From Octopus sinensis (lineage: Eukaryota): a stretch of DNA of 59,681 nucleotides. Position 1 is the stretch's first letter. Each line of letters opens with the position of its first letter. The stretch is taken from NCBI RefSeq assembly GCF_006345805.1, contig NW_021832977.1, positions 1 through 59,681 of the forward strand. The letters are read 5' to 3'. The notes beneath the pieces were generated by a model, which saw only the letters and a program-made list of their open reading frames with translations, searched no databases and was not told where the DNA came from. This document shows positions 41,160-54,512 of this stretch, one piece after another. A program made the position numbers and the translations under genes.

Positions 41160-41478
41160 TCCCTGCATACATACAAATATACGCAACACACATATATATA
41201 TATCTGTGATTTTTCCGATTTACATTGTTGTCTTTTTCGTTTAAAGGGGAGGGTGTGTTGTGATTTGGCAATTATCATTATTCTGATCAGCTCAGTCCAG
41301 CTAGCTGTAAAATAGATTTGTAGTTCGTTCTTTACAATAGGCCGGGCATTGGTCGGTCATGAAATTATAAATGGTGAATGGCGAAATGTCCCACGGTTTG
41401 GTGCCAACACAGAACATTACCAAGATGATATTAGAATACAATAACAAACATATAAAATTTCAACGCAGTTATATGCAA

Positions 41479-41512
<34 letters not shown>

Positions 41513-43724
41513 TATATATGTGTGTGTGCGTGTGTGTGTGGTGCGTGTGTGTATATATACATCTATATATATATATATATATATATATTATTATATATAT
41601 ATTATATATACATACATACACACACACATATATATATATAACATATATATACATACACATACGTACATACACTTGTCCTAGTGCATCTACCTGCTTAGAA
41701 ACAACAATTTTGTAGTACAAATATTCACATATAAACCGATACACTAAACTTCACATTCATATACACTTTAACATAAATGTACTCACCCCCACTCACAAAG
41801 GTGAATATATAGATATATATATATAAGATATATATATATATCATATATATATATATACATATATTATATAGATACATATATATTATTTACATATATATAT
41901 ATACTAACACAACACAAACCACACCACACACATCATATATGTATATATATATATATATATAATATATATATATATATATTATATATATATATCTATATAC
42001 ATTTTCACGCGAAAATAAAAGACCAGCATACACTAACGTACAGAGAGGTTCATACACGCACAAAAGGATATAGTTTTTAATCATACATATACATACATTT
42101 CTAGTTATACACGTGTACAACAGATCACAAAAGACTGAAATACATACATGCCACGCACAGATGTACAATCAAAAGTAGCTATATATACAAACACATCATA
42201 CATGAGTACCTTAATATATCCACACTTCTTGCGTGTATTTGTGTGTGTTTATGCACACGCGCACACACTACTATCTCGCTCCCTCTCTCTCTTTCCATCT
42301 CTCACACTCTCTCTATACATGTATGTATATTTGTGTGTGTATATATATATATGTGTGTATATATATATATATTGTTATATATATATTGTTAAACATATAT
42401 ATATATATACGCACGCATATATGAAGAGTGGGAGGGAAGGGGAGAGAGAGACAGACACTAGGAAATGTTCAATACATACACCAATATTTGTAGATGTTTT
42501 ATATTTGAAAAACTGATTGACTTCGAGATACTTAGTGAATGTGTATGTGTAATAGTGTATGCCTACGTATGTATGCATCTGCGTCTATATCATGAGTATA
42601 TATGCGTACGAATACAATCATATATATGTGTGAGTGTGTGAGTGTGTGTGAGTGTGTGCGCGTACATATGTGTGTATATATATTATATATATAATCATAT
42701 AGATATATATTATAGATATATATATACATACATACATATATATATATATATATGTGTGTGTATATATATATAATATATATAATATATATATATATATATG
42801 ATATATACTTATGCATACATACACGAATACTCACACGTTGGAAACACACACGTACATATAGATTTACATATATGTAACTTTGTTTAATTAGTTTGGTAAC
42901 CAGGCAACAAGTAGGTGATTTAGCAAAGAATGGTCAAATGTGAGCTGTTCTTGTATTAATGTTTTCCATCGTTGCTGTTTTTTAAAAAGTCTTTTGTTAA
43001 TTTTTTTAACTAATACCGTTTGTTATGTTCTTTTTATATACTTTATTTTATATTTTTATATTATTTTTACGACAGTTTCGACTTTTTCATCGGCCGCTTT
43101 GAAATAGTGCTTTCTTTTTATATTTTACTCTATAAAACAATAATACAACCGAATAATTCTCTGTTCGTATTATGCGCAGCTACCGTTATTCCAAAAGATT
43201 ACTAACATACCCGACTATCAAAAGACGTAGAATGAAAAGAGACCTACAAACTATTGAATTTTTTCTACCATAGGCACAAGACCAGAAATTTTCGGAACCT
43301 GTAACGGCGTCACTATCAGTCACAGTTATTGACAGGTAGTTTATTTGATCAAACCCAGGAGAACGAAAGGTTATAGAAGTTGAGGGGTTGATTCGAACTC
43401 ATGTATATAGCCAAAACATTCACTGCAGCGCATTTTGTTCGATGAATTTCAACGTCAGACATGCGCAACTTGTTCTAGAAGTGGGCCGCATGAAACAGGA
43501 GTCGCAAAACAAAGAAGTTCAAGGTAATATTTCCTCAGGTAGTCACGTGAAGTTCAGGTTGTCTATGGCGATTCTAAAGAAATAGCAAAAAAATATTCTT
43601 CAGGTTACACCATACCACTTGATAAAGAGAAACTACTGACTGCATAATGCAGTCATTTTTAGACTCTCGCATGAAAGTCAAGGCGTGAGGCTCAAGGCAT
43701 GAGACTAAAGCACATATATATTGA

Positions 43725-43917
43725 TTTCAAATTTTGGCACAAGAGGAGGGGATAGTTGGATTACACCGACTCCAGCGTTCAACTGGTGCTTATTTTATCG
43801 ATCCGGATAGGATCAAAGGCAAAATCAACCTAGGCAGAATTTGAACTCAGAGACGGACGAAATGGCTCTAAGCAGTTCTTTCCGGTGCGGAAACGATTCT
43901 GCCAGCTTACCGCCTTT
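43725..43917 (-). mobile_element. SINE family B
   Basis: ttttggcacaa...aaaggcaaaatcaacctaggcagaatttgaactcag...ccgcctt. Confidence 0.8.
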
Positions 43918-43930
43918 AGGCACGTATATA

Positions 43931-44940
43931 TTAGATGAAGAGAAATTTCCTGAGAATGTGGGCGGTGGATATCAACACAGTGTTTGAGTCACATTAATTG
44001 TTGGTTTCCCAGGAATCTTGTCAAAAAGTTTGGCTGTACCTTTTCCTGGCCATTCTTAGGGCACGTACAACAACAAGGATTGATCTGGTTTTTAATTGCC
44101 ACGTCCTAGATATCTTAATCTCAAGGTTCTCATATTTCGAAAGCTTTTCGAATTTCTTTGCTGAGACGTTACTATCAATAAACAGTCAGATCAATAAAAA
44201 GGCATGTTGTATTTTGTCATACGTATTTGATGACGATGTCTGGTCTGTAGGCATTTATTTGCTTGTCTGTATTTATCTCATAATCCCAAACGACGATGAT
44301 AAGATTCTATCACTCTGTTACTGGCTCTGGGCGATGTCATGCTAGTTCTTCGGGTGTGGTATATCATAGTGACATCATATATTCCAGTGCAAGTATTGGC
44401 CAACTATATCACACCTGTTTTTCATATTCTGTAGGGGCAAAGATTGAGCAACTGGCAAAAATGTTGTTAGTAATCTCAAGTTTAACATTTCAGACTCTAC
44501 ACTTTGTGCCTACCTAATTGTATGTGGCATTAGGTTGATAGTTCTGAGCGAGGCGACCCTGTTTTGGGTTACTGGGATAAATCCTTCTGTTTCGGTTTTC
44601 AAACAAACACTCTGCGGCAACTGATCAGTTTCTCCAGCTCGTTTGTGGTATTACCAACGCAATGGGTTTTCTTGCCACAATCATGATATTTTCTTCAAGC
44701 TTTCCTGTTTGACTTTGGTTTTACAAATGTTTGCTGTGGTGTGTCCTCCTTGTCATCATAATCAGGGAGGTTAAGCTCTCGTCTGTATTTATATGCCTTC
44801 TTTGAGACTGAGTGTAGTTTCTTACTCTGTTTTAATGCACCTAAATTGTAGGGTATTTCTAAGTGTCCAGGTGTTTCTTCAAGTTGAGTGGTATTCAACT
44901 CAATGGTGGTATCAGTGACAGAGTGTCTAACCTCTCCTCG
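43931..44940 (-). pseudogene. R4/Dong-like RLE non-LTR retrotransposon, 3' ORF remnant
   Basis: Minus strand KKLHSVSKKAYKY, CSILAPTEY..DIVGQYLHW, RPDIVIK..CLFIDLTV..NVSAKKFEKLSKYENLEIKISRTW (PD-(D/E)xK endonuclease), ending VLISTAHILRKFLFI-stop at 43931. Confidence 0.85.
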
Positions 44941-45387
44941 TCTAAGGAAATTTTCGAGACAGCAGCTCTCTACTACTACTACTATACTACTACTACTACT
45001 ACTACTACACACACACATACGCACACACACGCACATGTATATGGAAAAAATAGAAGTTGAAAATGCACAGAGAATAGTTAAAAATTTGTTTATTAATATA
45101 TTTAAATCTTTAACCGGTTTCACAGTTAATACTCGTTTTCAGTGTAAATTGTCAAACAGGATAAAGCTTTAAATATATAAATAAAAAATATTTAAACTAT
45201 TCTCAGTGCATTTCCAACTTCTGTTTTACATTTTACCTATATCTCTACCTGTGTGGAATAAAATAACTTTGTTTTCTATATGTATATATATATACTTCCT
45301 GAGCGTTAAACTAATACATCTGTTTGTTGTCTACACTACCTGTCTTCGTCATTGTTTTTGTGAATTCTCCCTATATATATTTATATG

Positions 45388-45418
<31 letters not shown>

Positions 45419-45472
45419 ATGTATATATATATATGTTTATATATGTAAGCATGTAAATATATATATATATAA

Positions 45473-45512
<40 letters not shown>

Positions 45513-45517
45513 TTGCG

Positions 45518-45549
<32 letters not shown>

Positions 45550-46448
45550 CATATATATAAATACATATATATATATACGTATATGCATATATACATACAC
45601 ACACACATATATATATATATATATTATTATTTTTATTATTATTGTTATTATTATTAGTAATGAGTTGCAAGGCAAATTTAGGGAACGTCGTACAAAAGGC
45701 CTTGAGATTAGCAGTTACAATGTTATGTATTACCACTTCAGCTCTCATTGGTGCCAACATTACTTTTTGTATCCTTGGCGGGTTCTATAAAGTAAGTAAT
45801 ACTCAATCAACTACTTGGAATCGATTAAATTTACTGCAGCCTCTCACCATTATCTATTTATTTGTTGTTATAAATCATCGTTATTAATCACTCGCAATCT
45901 CTTGGACAGGTCAGTGATTAGTGATAACCACGGTTATCTCAAGCGTTAAGAAAACACTGATAGAGAGAGAGAGGTTTGAAACTGAGATGTTAGTAGATTG
46001 AACACTAATCATTGAAAGTTTGCTTCCTCAACACTTAAATCATACCAATATTACTAGTTACATACTGTAGTAACTGCCGCTAGTGACAGATGTAGTTTTC
46101 ACGATTCAACTTAAGCATTAGTACTGTTAGTGGTGCGTATGTGTGATAGTGCTAAGTAATACATTTTATTATAGACTACCCCGGTGTGGTCACGAGTGAT
46201 TTATGCCATTTCCAATGAACAGGATAATGCAAAATACCTTATATTGCCCTTCGTAGCCATTTCGCCTATTTCGCTTCTTTTACAAATTCATTTTTGGAAT
46301 AGGAATGCACATCACAATATCTACAATTCTCCCTTTCAAATCCATAGAACCAACCACCTTAGATTGATAGATTATCTTTGGGATGTATCAAGGAATATGC
46401 TACACACACAAACACACACACATTGATATATATATATATATATATATT

Positions 46449-46482
<34 letters not shown>

Positions 46483-46718
46483 GCTGATATCATAAACATT
46501 TTATAAACTTCGAGAGAACGTGAAATAATTGTCAATTCTCAAAGCATGTTACGTATAACTATGGAGTATATAACATGTAAATAGTAGGTTGAATTTTTTT
46601 TTGCATAGTAAATGTCTAAGGGTGTGCATGGGACATGAATCCACATTTCCTGTAAACGTATATATATATATGTACACCCCACACACATATACACATACTT
46701 ACATAAATACATACATAG

Positions 46719-47048
46719 GGTAAAGACCCCCTTCGGTCATGAATGACCATGGGATTGCACCTAGAAAGTTACCCTCCTAGACACAAGTCCGGGCAAGGTT
46801 GTTTATGGAAGACCAGCAGTCGCCCATGCATACCAGCCTCCCCTCTCCACGCCACCAGTGTTATCCAAGGGAAAGACAAAGGTCGATACAGCTTGGCACC
46901 AGTGACGTCGCAACTCATTTCTACAGCTGAGTGAACTGGAGCAACGTGAAATAAAGTGCCTTGCTCAAGAACACAACACGCAGCCCGGTCTGGGATTCGA
47001 GCTCACAACCTCACGATCGTAAGCTCGACGCTCTAACCACTGAGCCAT

Positions 47049-47050
<2 letters not shown>
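46719..47050 (-). mobile_element. tRNA-derived SINE, well preserved
   Basis: Minus head TGGCTCAGTGGTTAGAGCG...GCTCGAATCCC with A and B boxes. Confidence 0.85.
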
Positions 47051-47106
<56 letters not shown>

Positions 47107-47117
47107 TATATTATATA

Positions 47118-47193
<76 letters not shown>

Positions 47194-47228
47194 GTAATAT
47201 ATATATAGATTTTTTATTATATAGAAGG

Positions 47229-47278
47229 AGCTTCTACAGAACTAGAACTGTTTCATTCAAGAGAAATCTTCAGGAGCT
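47229..47278 (-). ncRNA. Type-I hammerhead ribozyme, left arm
   Basis: Minus strand AGCTC-CTGAAGA-tTTCtcttGAAt-GAAA-CAG-ttctagtt-CTG-TA-GAAGCT; intact core and GUA cleavage triplet. Confidence 0.75.
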
Positions 47279-47574
47279 AGTTAACAAGATTGTATTGGCA
47301 TTTATACATTTAGGCAGGTTTAAAGGGGTGTTGGTGGGGGACTTTTTGGGGGGTAGGCATAGCGCAAAAAATCATACTTGGGGAGTGGTCAAGGAGTCAG
47401 TGTTAATTAGATAGGAGAATAATAAAAAAATAAAAAATAAAAAAAAAAATAAAAAATAAAAAATAACAAATAAAAAATATAAAATATAAAAAATAAAAAA
47501 TAAAAAATTAAAAATAGAAAATAGAAAAATAAAAAATATAATAAAAATATATGTAAAAAAAAAAAAAAAAATAA

Positions 47575-47626
<52 letters not shown>

Positions 47627-48509
47627 ATTATATATTATATATATGTATAAAGGGGGGGAATAGAGTTTTAGGTAAATAAGGAGATTCTCACTTATACCTC
47701 TACACATACACACATATATATACAATCACACATACATATACATATCTACACATACACATATATAATGTATACATACACACACTCACTTGCATACACGTAT
47801 ACACACATGTATATATACACACGACCACACATACATACACACAATACACACAGAAAAATATATATATACACATACACACACATCTACTCACATACACGCA
47901 TACACACACAAATCCATACACACACATGCACACACAGCACACTAGTCCCTATATACCCATATATACACATACACACATATATACACCACCCAGGCATACA
48001 CATACATACACATATATATACATACATACACATACATATACACATATATATACATACACATATATATATATACACACACATATATATACATATGTGTACC
48101 ATGCATACCTACCACATACACACATATATATATACATATACAAATACAGACCCATCAGCTAATTTTAATTTTATTATCTTCGTTTATTACTTTTGTTATC
48201 TTTGCCGTTTGGTCACAAACACTTGGCTATGACAGCCAGACCATTTATCCGTCTACTGGAAAAACAATTACTCATTCACTCACGCACACTCTCTTAGCAC
48301 GTACACTCACTCATTCGTACACTCATACGCATACACGCACGCACGCGTTATATTCATACATACATACATCTACATACATTCACGTATATACACATACGTA
48401 CGCGTACCTACAGATTCATGTCTACACTCTTAGAAGGCTAGTCTATACATATACACCAATAAATATAAATACACACACATACATGTACACCTACATACAA
48501 ATACATACA

Positions 48510-48542
<33 letters not shown>

Positions 48543-48699
48543 CTAATATATATATTATATAATATATACGCGTACCTACAGATTCATGTCTACACTCTTA
48601 GAAGGCTAGTCTATACTATACCCCCTAAATATAAATACACACACATACATACATGTACACCTACATACAAAATACTACATGTACATATATACATACACA

Positions 48700-48754
<55 letters not shown>

Positions 48755-49060
48755 TATACATATTATATTCATACTAACATGCATACTCAAAAAATAAGTA
48801 AATAGTAAATATATATACGCGCAGTTATTCATACATGCATACTCAAAAAATAAATATTAAGTATATGTACGTGCAGTTACCTATTATATAGACGGATACA
48901 TACATATAAAAACTTACACACATAGATAGATATATATATATATTATATATATATATATATATACACATACATACACACACACACATACTATAAATCTATA
49001 CATACACACATACACCTACATATACACATACACACATACATACATATATATATATATAGA

Positions 49061-49093
<33 letters not shown>

Positions 49094-49879
49094 TACACAT
49101 ACATATACATACACATACATACATATATATACACATACTTACACATGTACATATAAATACACACATAGATAACTCTACGTACCTACACATACATAAACAC
49201 ACGAGCGTACGCGCATATGTACATATACAATATACCCATGCACACGCATATATATACATACATACATACACATACACACATGTATACACCACACTCACAT
49301 ACACATATATATACATACACATATATATACACATATATATATATATGTATACATATATATATATATATATATATATAACCACATATACATCCACACACAT
49401 ACACACACACTATATATACATGTGTGCAAACATACATACATTCTCATACAAGCACACACACATACATTTACATATATACACACACTTACACACATATATA
49501 TACATACACACCTACATATACACATACATATGCATACACACAAATATACATATATACATACATACATCTATACATATATACACACACACACACACACGCG
49601 CACATACATATATATATATACATACATATACACACACACATATATATATATATACACACATATATATATACACACATATATATTTTTTTACATACATACA
49701 CGCACACACACACATAATACATGCGTATAATCCTACTATACCCATACATTCTATACATATATACGATACACATCTACAAGCGTGCACATACAATATGTGA
49801 AAGGTCTTAGGAGAAAAGGTAATCGGGGGTGCTAGGGAACGGTGGGATTGGGGGGGTTTTGTGGTGGGGTGTCATCAAT

Positions 49880-50010
49880 CTGGTTGCCGGGTAGGTCTAT
49901 AGTTCTTGTAGTTCGCATACTTCTTATGCATACAATTTGGGAGTGTTCTGAGATTTTGTTAAGGAGAGGGCCTTTGGCGAACAAGATCTCTAGGCTCTCC
50001 GATATGCAGC
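49880..50010 (-). pseudogene. C-terminal end of a PLE ORF (GIY-YIG region tail), mirrored at ~50018-50130 on +
   Basis: CISESLEILFAKGPLLNKISE then, after a frameshift, LPNCMHKKY; resembles the PLE terminus C.LCL.EKL.I...LLNKRSE...CRH. Confidence 0.6.
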
Positions 50011-51101
50011 CTAGAGATCGGAGAGCCTAGAGATCTTGTTCGCCAAAGGCCCTCTCCTTAAAAAATCTCAGAACACTCCCAAATTGTATGCATAAGAAGT
50101 ATGCGAACTACAAGAACTATAGACCTACCCGCAACCAGATTGATGACACCCCACCCACAAAACCCCCCCAATCCCACCGTTCCCCTAGCACCCCCGATTA
50201 CCTTTTCTCCTAAGACCTTTCACATATTGTATGTGCACGCTTGTAGATGTGTATCGTATATATGTATAGAAATGTATGGGTATAGTAGGATTATACGCAT
50301 GTATTATGTGTGTGTGTGCGTGTATGTATGTAAAAAAATATATATGTGTGTATATATATATTGTGTGTATATATATATATATGTGTGTGTGTATATGTAT
50401 GTATATATATATATGTATGTGCGTGTGTGTGTGTGTGTGTGTATATATGTATAGATGTATATATGTATATATGTATATTTGTGTGTATGCATATGTATGT
50501 GTATATGTATGTGTGTATGTATATATATTGTGTAAGTGTGTGTATATATGTAATGGTAAGTGTGTGTGCTTGTATGAGAATGTATGTATGTTTGCACACA
50601 ATGTATATATGTGTGTGTATGTGTGTGTGTATGTATATGTGTGGTATATATATAATATATATATATATAATATATATATATATGTATACATATATATATA
50701 TATATGTGTATATATATGTGTATGTATATATATGTGTATGCGAGTGTGTGTGTATACATGTGTGTATGTGTATGTATGTATGTATATATATGCGTGTGCA
50801 TGGGTATATGTATATGTACATATGCGCGTACGCTCGTGTGTTTATGTATGTGTAGTACGTAGAGTCTATGTGTGTATTTATATGTACATGTGTAAGTATG
50901 TGTATATATATTGTATGTATGTGTATGTATATGTATGTGTATGTGTGTGTGTGTTATATATATATATTATATAATATATATATATATATATATTATGTAT
51001 GTGTGTGTATGTGTATATGTAGGTGTATGTGTGTATGTATATATTTATATGTATGTGTGTGTGTGTATGTATGTTTAATTATATATATATATATATATAT
51101 C

Positions 51102-51137
<36 letters not shown>

Positions 51138-51319
51138 AAGTTTATTATATGTATGTATCCGTCTATATAATAGGTAACTGCACGTACATATACTTAATAT
51201 TTATTTTTTGAGTATGCATGTATGAATAACTGCGCGTATATATATTACTATTTACTTATTTTTTGAGTATGCATGTTAGTATGAATATATATATGTATAT
51301 ATATGTAGTATATATATAG

Positions 51320-51351
<32 letters not shown>

Positions 51352-52674
51352 AATGTACATGTATGTATTGTATGTAGGTGTACATTTATGTATGTGTGTG
51401 TATTTATATTTAGGGGTTATATGTATAGACTAGCCTTCTAAGAGTGTAGACATGAATCTGTAGGTACGCGTATATAATATATAGATATATATATATATAT
51501 ATTAATATGTACAGTATGTATTGTATGTAGGTGTACATGGTGTGTTTATTTATATTTATTGTGTATATGTATAGACTAGCCTTCTAAGAGTGTAGACATG
51601 AATCTGTAGGTACGCGTACGTATGTGTATATACGTGAATGTATGTAGATGTATGTATGTATGAATATAACGCGGTGCGTGCGTGTATGCGTATGAGTGTA
51701 CGAATGAGTGAGTGTACGTGCTAAAGAGTGTGCGTGAGTGAATGAGTAATTGTTTTCCAGTAGACGGATAAATGGTCTGGCTGTCATAGCCAAGATGTTT
51801 GTGACCAAGCGGCAAAGATAACAAAAGTAAATAACGAAGATATAAAATTAAAATTAGGGAATGGTCTGTATTTGTATATGTTATATATATGTGTGTATGT
51901 GTAGGTATGCATGGGTACACATATGTATATATATGTGTGTATATATATATATGTGTATGTATATATATGTGTATATGTATGTGTATGTATGTATATATAT
52001 GTGTATGTATGTGTATGCTTGGGTGTATATATATGTGTGTATGTGTATATATGTGTATATAGGGACTAGTGTGCTGTGTGTGCATGTGTGGTGTATGGAT
52101 TGTGTGTGTATGCGTAGTGAGTAGATGTGTGTGTATGTGTATATATATTTTTTCTGTGTGTATATGTATGTGTGGTCGTGTGTGTATATATACATGTGTG
52201 TATACGTGTATGCAAGTGAGTGTGTGTATGTATACATATATAGGTCTGTAGGTGTAGATATGTATATGTATGTGTGATTGTATATATATGTGTGTATGTG
52301 TAGAGGTATAAGTGAGAATCTCCTTATTTACCTAAAACTCTATTCCCCCCCTTTATACATATATATATATATATATATTTTTTTTTTTACATATATTTTT
52401 TATATTTTTTTATTTTCTATTTCTATTTTTATTTTTTATTTTTATTTTTTATATTTTATATTTTTTTATTTGTTATTTTTTTATTTTTATTTTTTATTTT
52501 TTTTTTTTTATTTTTTATTTTTTATTTATTCTCCCAAGTATTCTCCCAAGTATTTATTCTCCCCCAAGTATGATTTTTTTGCGCTATGCCTACCTACCCC
52601 CCAAAAAGTCCCCACCCACCAAACACCCCTTTAACCTCCTAAATGTATAAATGCCAATACAATTCTTGTTAACT

Positions 52675-52724
52675 AGCTTCCTGAAGATTTCTCTTGAATG
52701 AACAGTTCTAGTCCTGTAGAAGCT
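52675..52724 (+). ncRNA. Type-I hammerhead ribozyme, right arm
   Basis: AGCTTC-CTGAAGA-tTTCtcttGAAt-GAA-CAG-ttctagtc-CTG-TA-GAAGCT; perfect 6-bp stem I, with one A of GAAA missing in this copy. Confidence 0.7.
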
Positions 52725-52806
52725 CCTTCTATATAATAAATTAATTTTACCTGCTATGTATTGAGTACCTTATTACTGTGTGGTTAACCCCGAATCAACC
52801 CGGGAC

Positions 52807-52849
<43 letters not shown>

Positions 52850-52859
52850 TATATATATA

Positions 52860-52900
<41 letters not shown>

Positions 52901-53449
52901 CACACACGCACTTTATATCCGTTCTTCACTTATTTATTACTGTTCTTATTTTAAGTCATGTCCATTGTCCGGAAATTTTTCGTTACACATCCGTGATCTC
53001 TTCAGCGATACTTTCCGTGCTTGTATATACCCCTGCTTCGCTTAATCCACACTTTCCTGCGACGTGTATTCTTATATGCACATGCGTTTCCGTCTGTATA
53101 TGTTTGTCTATGTGTGTGCGTGTGTATGTGCATGTGTGTGCGTGTGTGTGTATGAGTGTGCGTACACACATACAATTGAAAGCGCATGTTACAATCTTCA
53201 TCCGTGCTAGTTATGTTCATTGATCCATTACAAATAATAGAACAAAATGGAGTAAGCCGATCAGGAGCATACTCGAAGAGGGAAAGTGTCACTGGGAGGT
53301 CACAGACGCGTGACGAAAGATTTCCGGAAAATGGACATGAATTATAATGAGAACACTGAGAGACGAGTGGCGAACGAATATATAATTCGTGTTTATTTGG
53401 AAGACAAAAAGACCTTCCCGAAATATAACTACATATATATTCAGAATTC

Positions 53450-53800
53450 TGCATTTCATGCTTTTGGGGTCGATAGATAAAGTACCAGTAGAGCACTAGG
53501 GTCAATATAATCGGTCTGCCTGCTTCCCTGAAATGTCTGCACTTGTGATGAAATTTGAAATTATTATTAAAAGAGACAAATAAAAGGCGGTGAACTGGAA
53601 GAATCATTAGCAACCCAGGCAAGATGCTTAGCGGCATTTCGTCCATCTCTACGTTCCGAGTTAAAATTCCACCGATGTCAACTTCCCTTTCATCCTTTCA
53701 CGGCTAATAAAATAAATACCAGTTGAGTACTGGAGTCGATAGAATCGGCTTACACCCTGTCCCGAAATTTACAAGCCTTGTGCTAAATATTGAAACATTT
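53450..53800 (+). mobile_element. Two tandem SINE family B copies
   Basis: tttcatgcttttggggtcgata...; aaggcggtgaactggaagaatcattagc...gccttgtgc. Confidence 0.8.
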
Positions 53801-54397
53801 ACCAACAGAGACACTCAACGGTCTAGCTGAATCTATGTCACATGTCTCAACGAATTGATCTTTCTCTCCCTCTTTCACTCTTAAGTGACATGCTCATGTA
53901 TTAGTCAACATAAAGCATTAACCTTTACTTGTGGTGTTCACTAATGCACATTCGTGTCCAAACACATATTAATTATACACAGTGATTAATTTCCTTGCGT
54001 TGCCTTTATTACCCAATCCAACAAGTTATATTCAGAATATTCCTTCTCGTAATGTTCATTGCACATTCATCCATTAATTTTATGAACAAGCGTTTGTAAA
54101 TATAACGATACAGGTTAATAAAACATTATGAAAATTCTAACTTTAGTGTGGTTGTTGTCTACACACGCAACCTATTTCATACACTTAACCACCAAAGAAA
54201 TACATATGTGTAAAGACCATATTTTAAAAAATGGTTTTTAATAGAGGTAAATTTGGTAAAATAGCGGTCATTATCCTCTTATTTAAAATGGTCAGTTCTT
54301 TTGTTAGCGGATTTGGAGCGAATGGATGCTGTTATGTACGTTCCTATTCCAAATACTTATGGGAGAAAATGGGAAAAGTTTTGCATATCCCTCCCCT

Positions 54398-54512
54398 CTT
54401 GATGTTGTTGTTGTTGTTGTTGTTGTTGTTCTTCTCTTCTTCTTCTTCTTCTTCTCTTCTTCTTCTTCTTCTTCTTCTTCTTCTTCTTTTCGTCTTCTTC
54501 GTCTTCTTCTTC
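54398..54512. repeat. (TTG)n/(TTC)n microsatellite
   Basis: Direct read. Confidence 0.9.

Larger units (their letters stand above)
47213..52810. mobile_element. ~5.6-kb palindromic Penelope-like insertion in (TA)n
   Basis: Left arm 47213-50003 is the reverse complement of right arm 50017-52740, with a 13-nt spacer; right-only terminus 52741-52810; HHR motifs near both outer ends; PLE-like ORF C-terminus at the centre. Confidence 0.85.

Noticed and set aside
46990-47050. tRNA gene (also ~20800-20868 and ~28780-28840)
   Set aside because: tRNA-like A/B boxes continue into SINE bodies; I could not fold a complete cloverleaf.
49842-50030. 62-aa ORF across the palindrome centre
   Set aside because: Antisense of the PLE C-terminal remnant.
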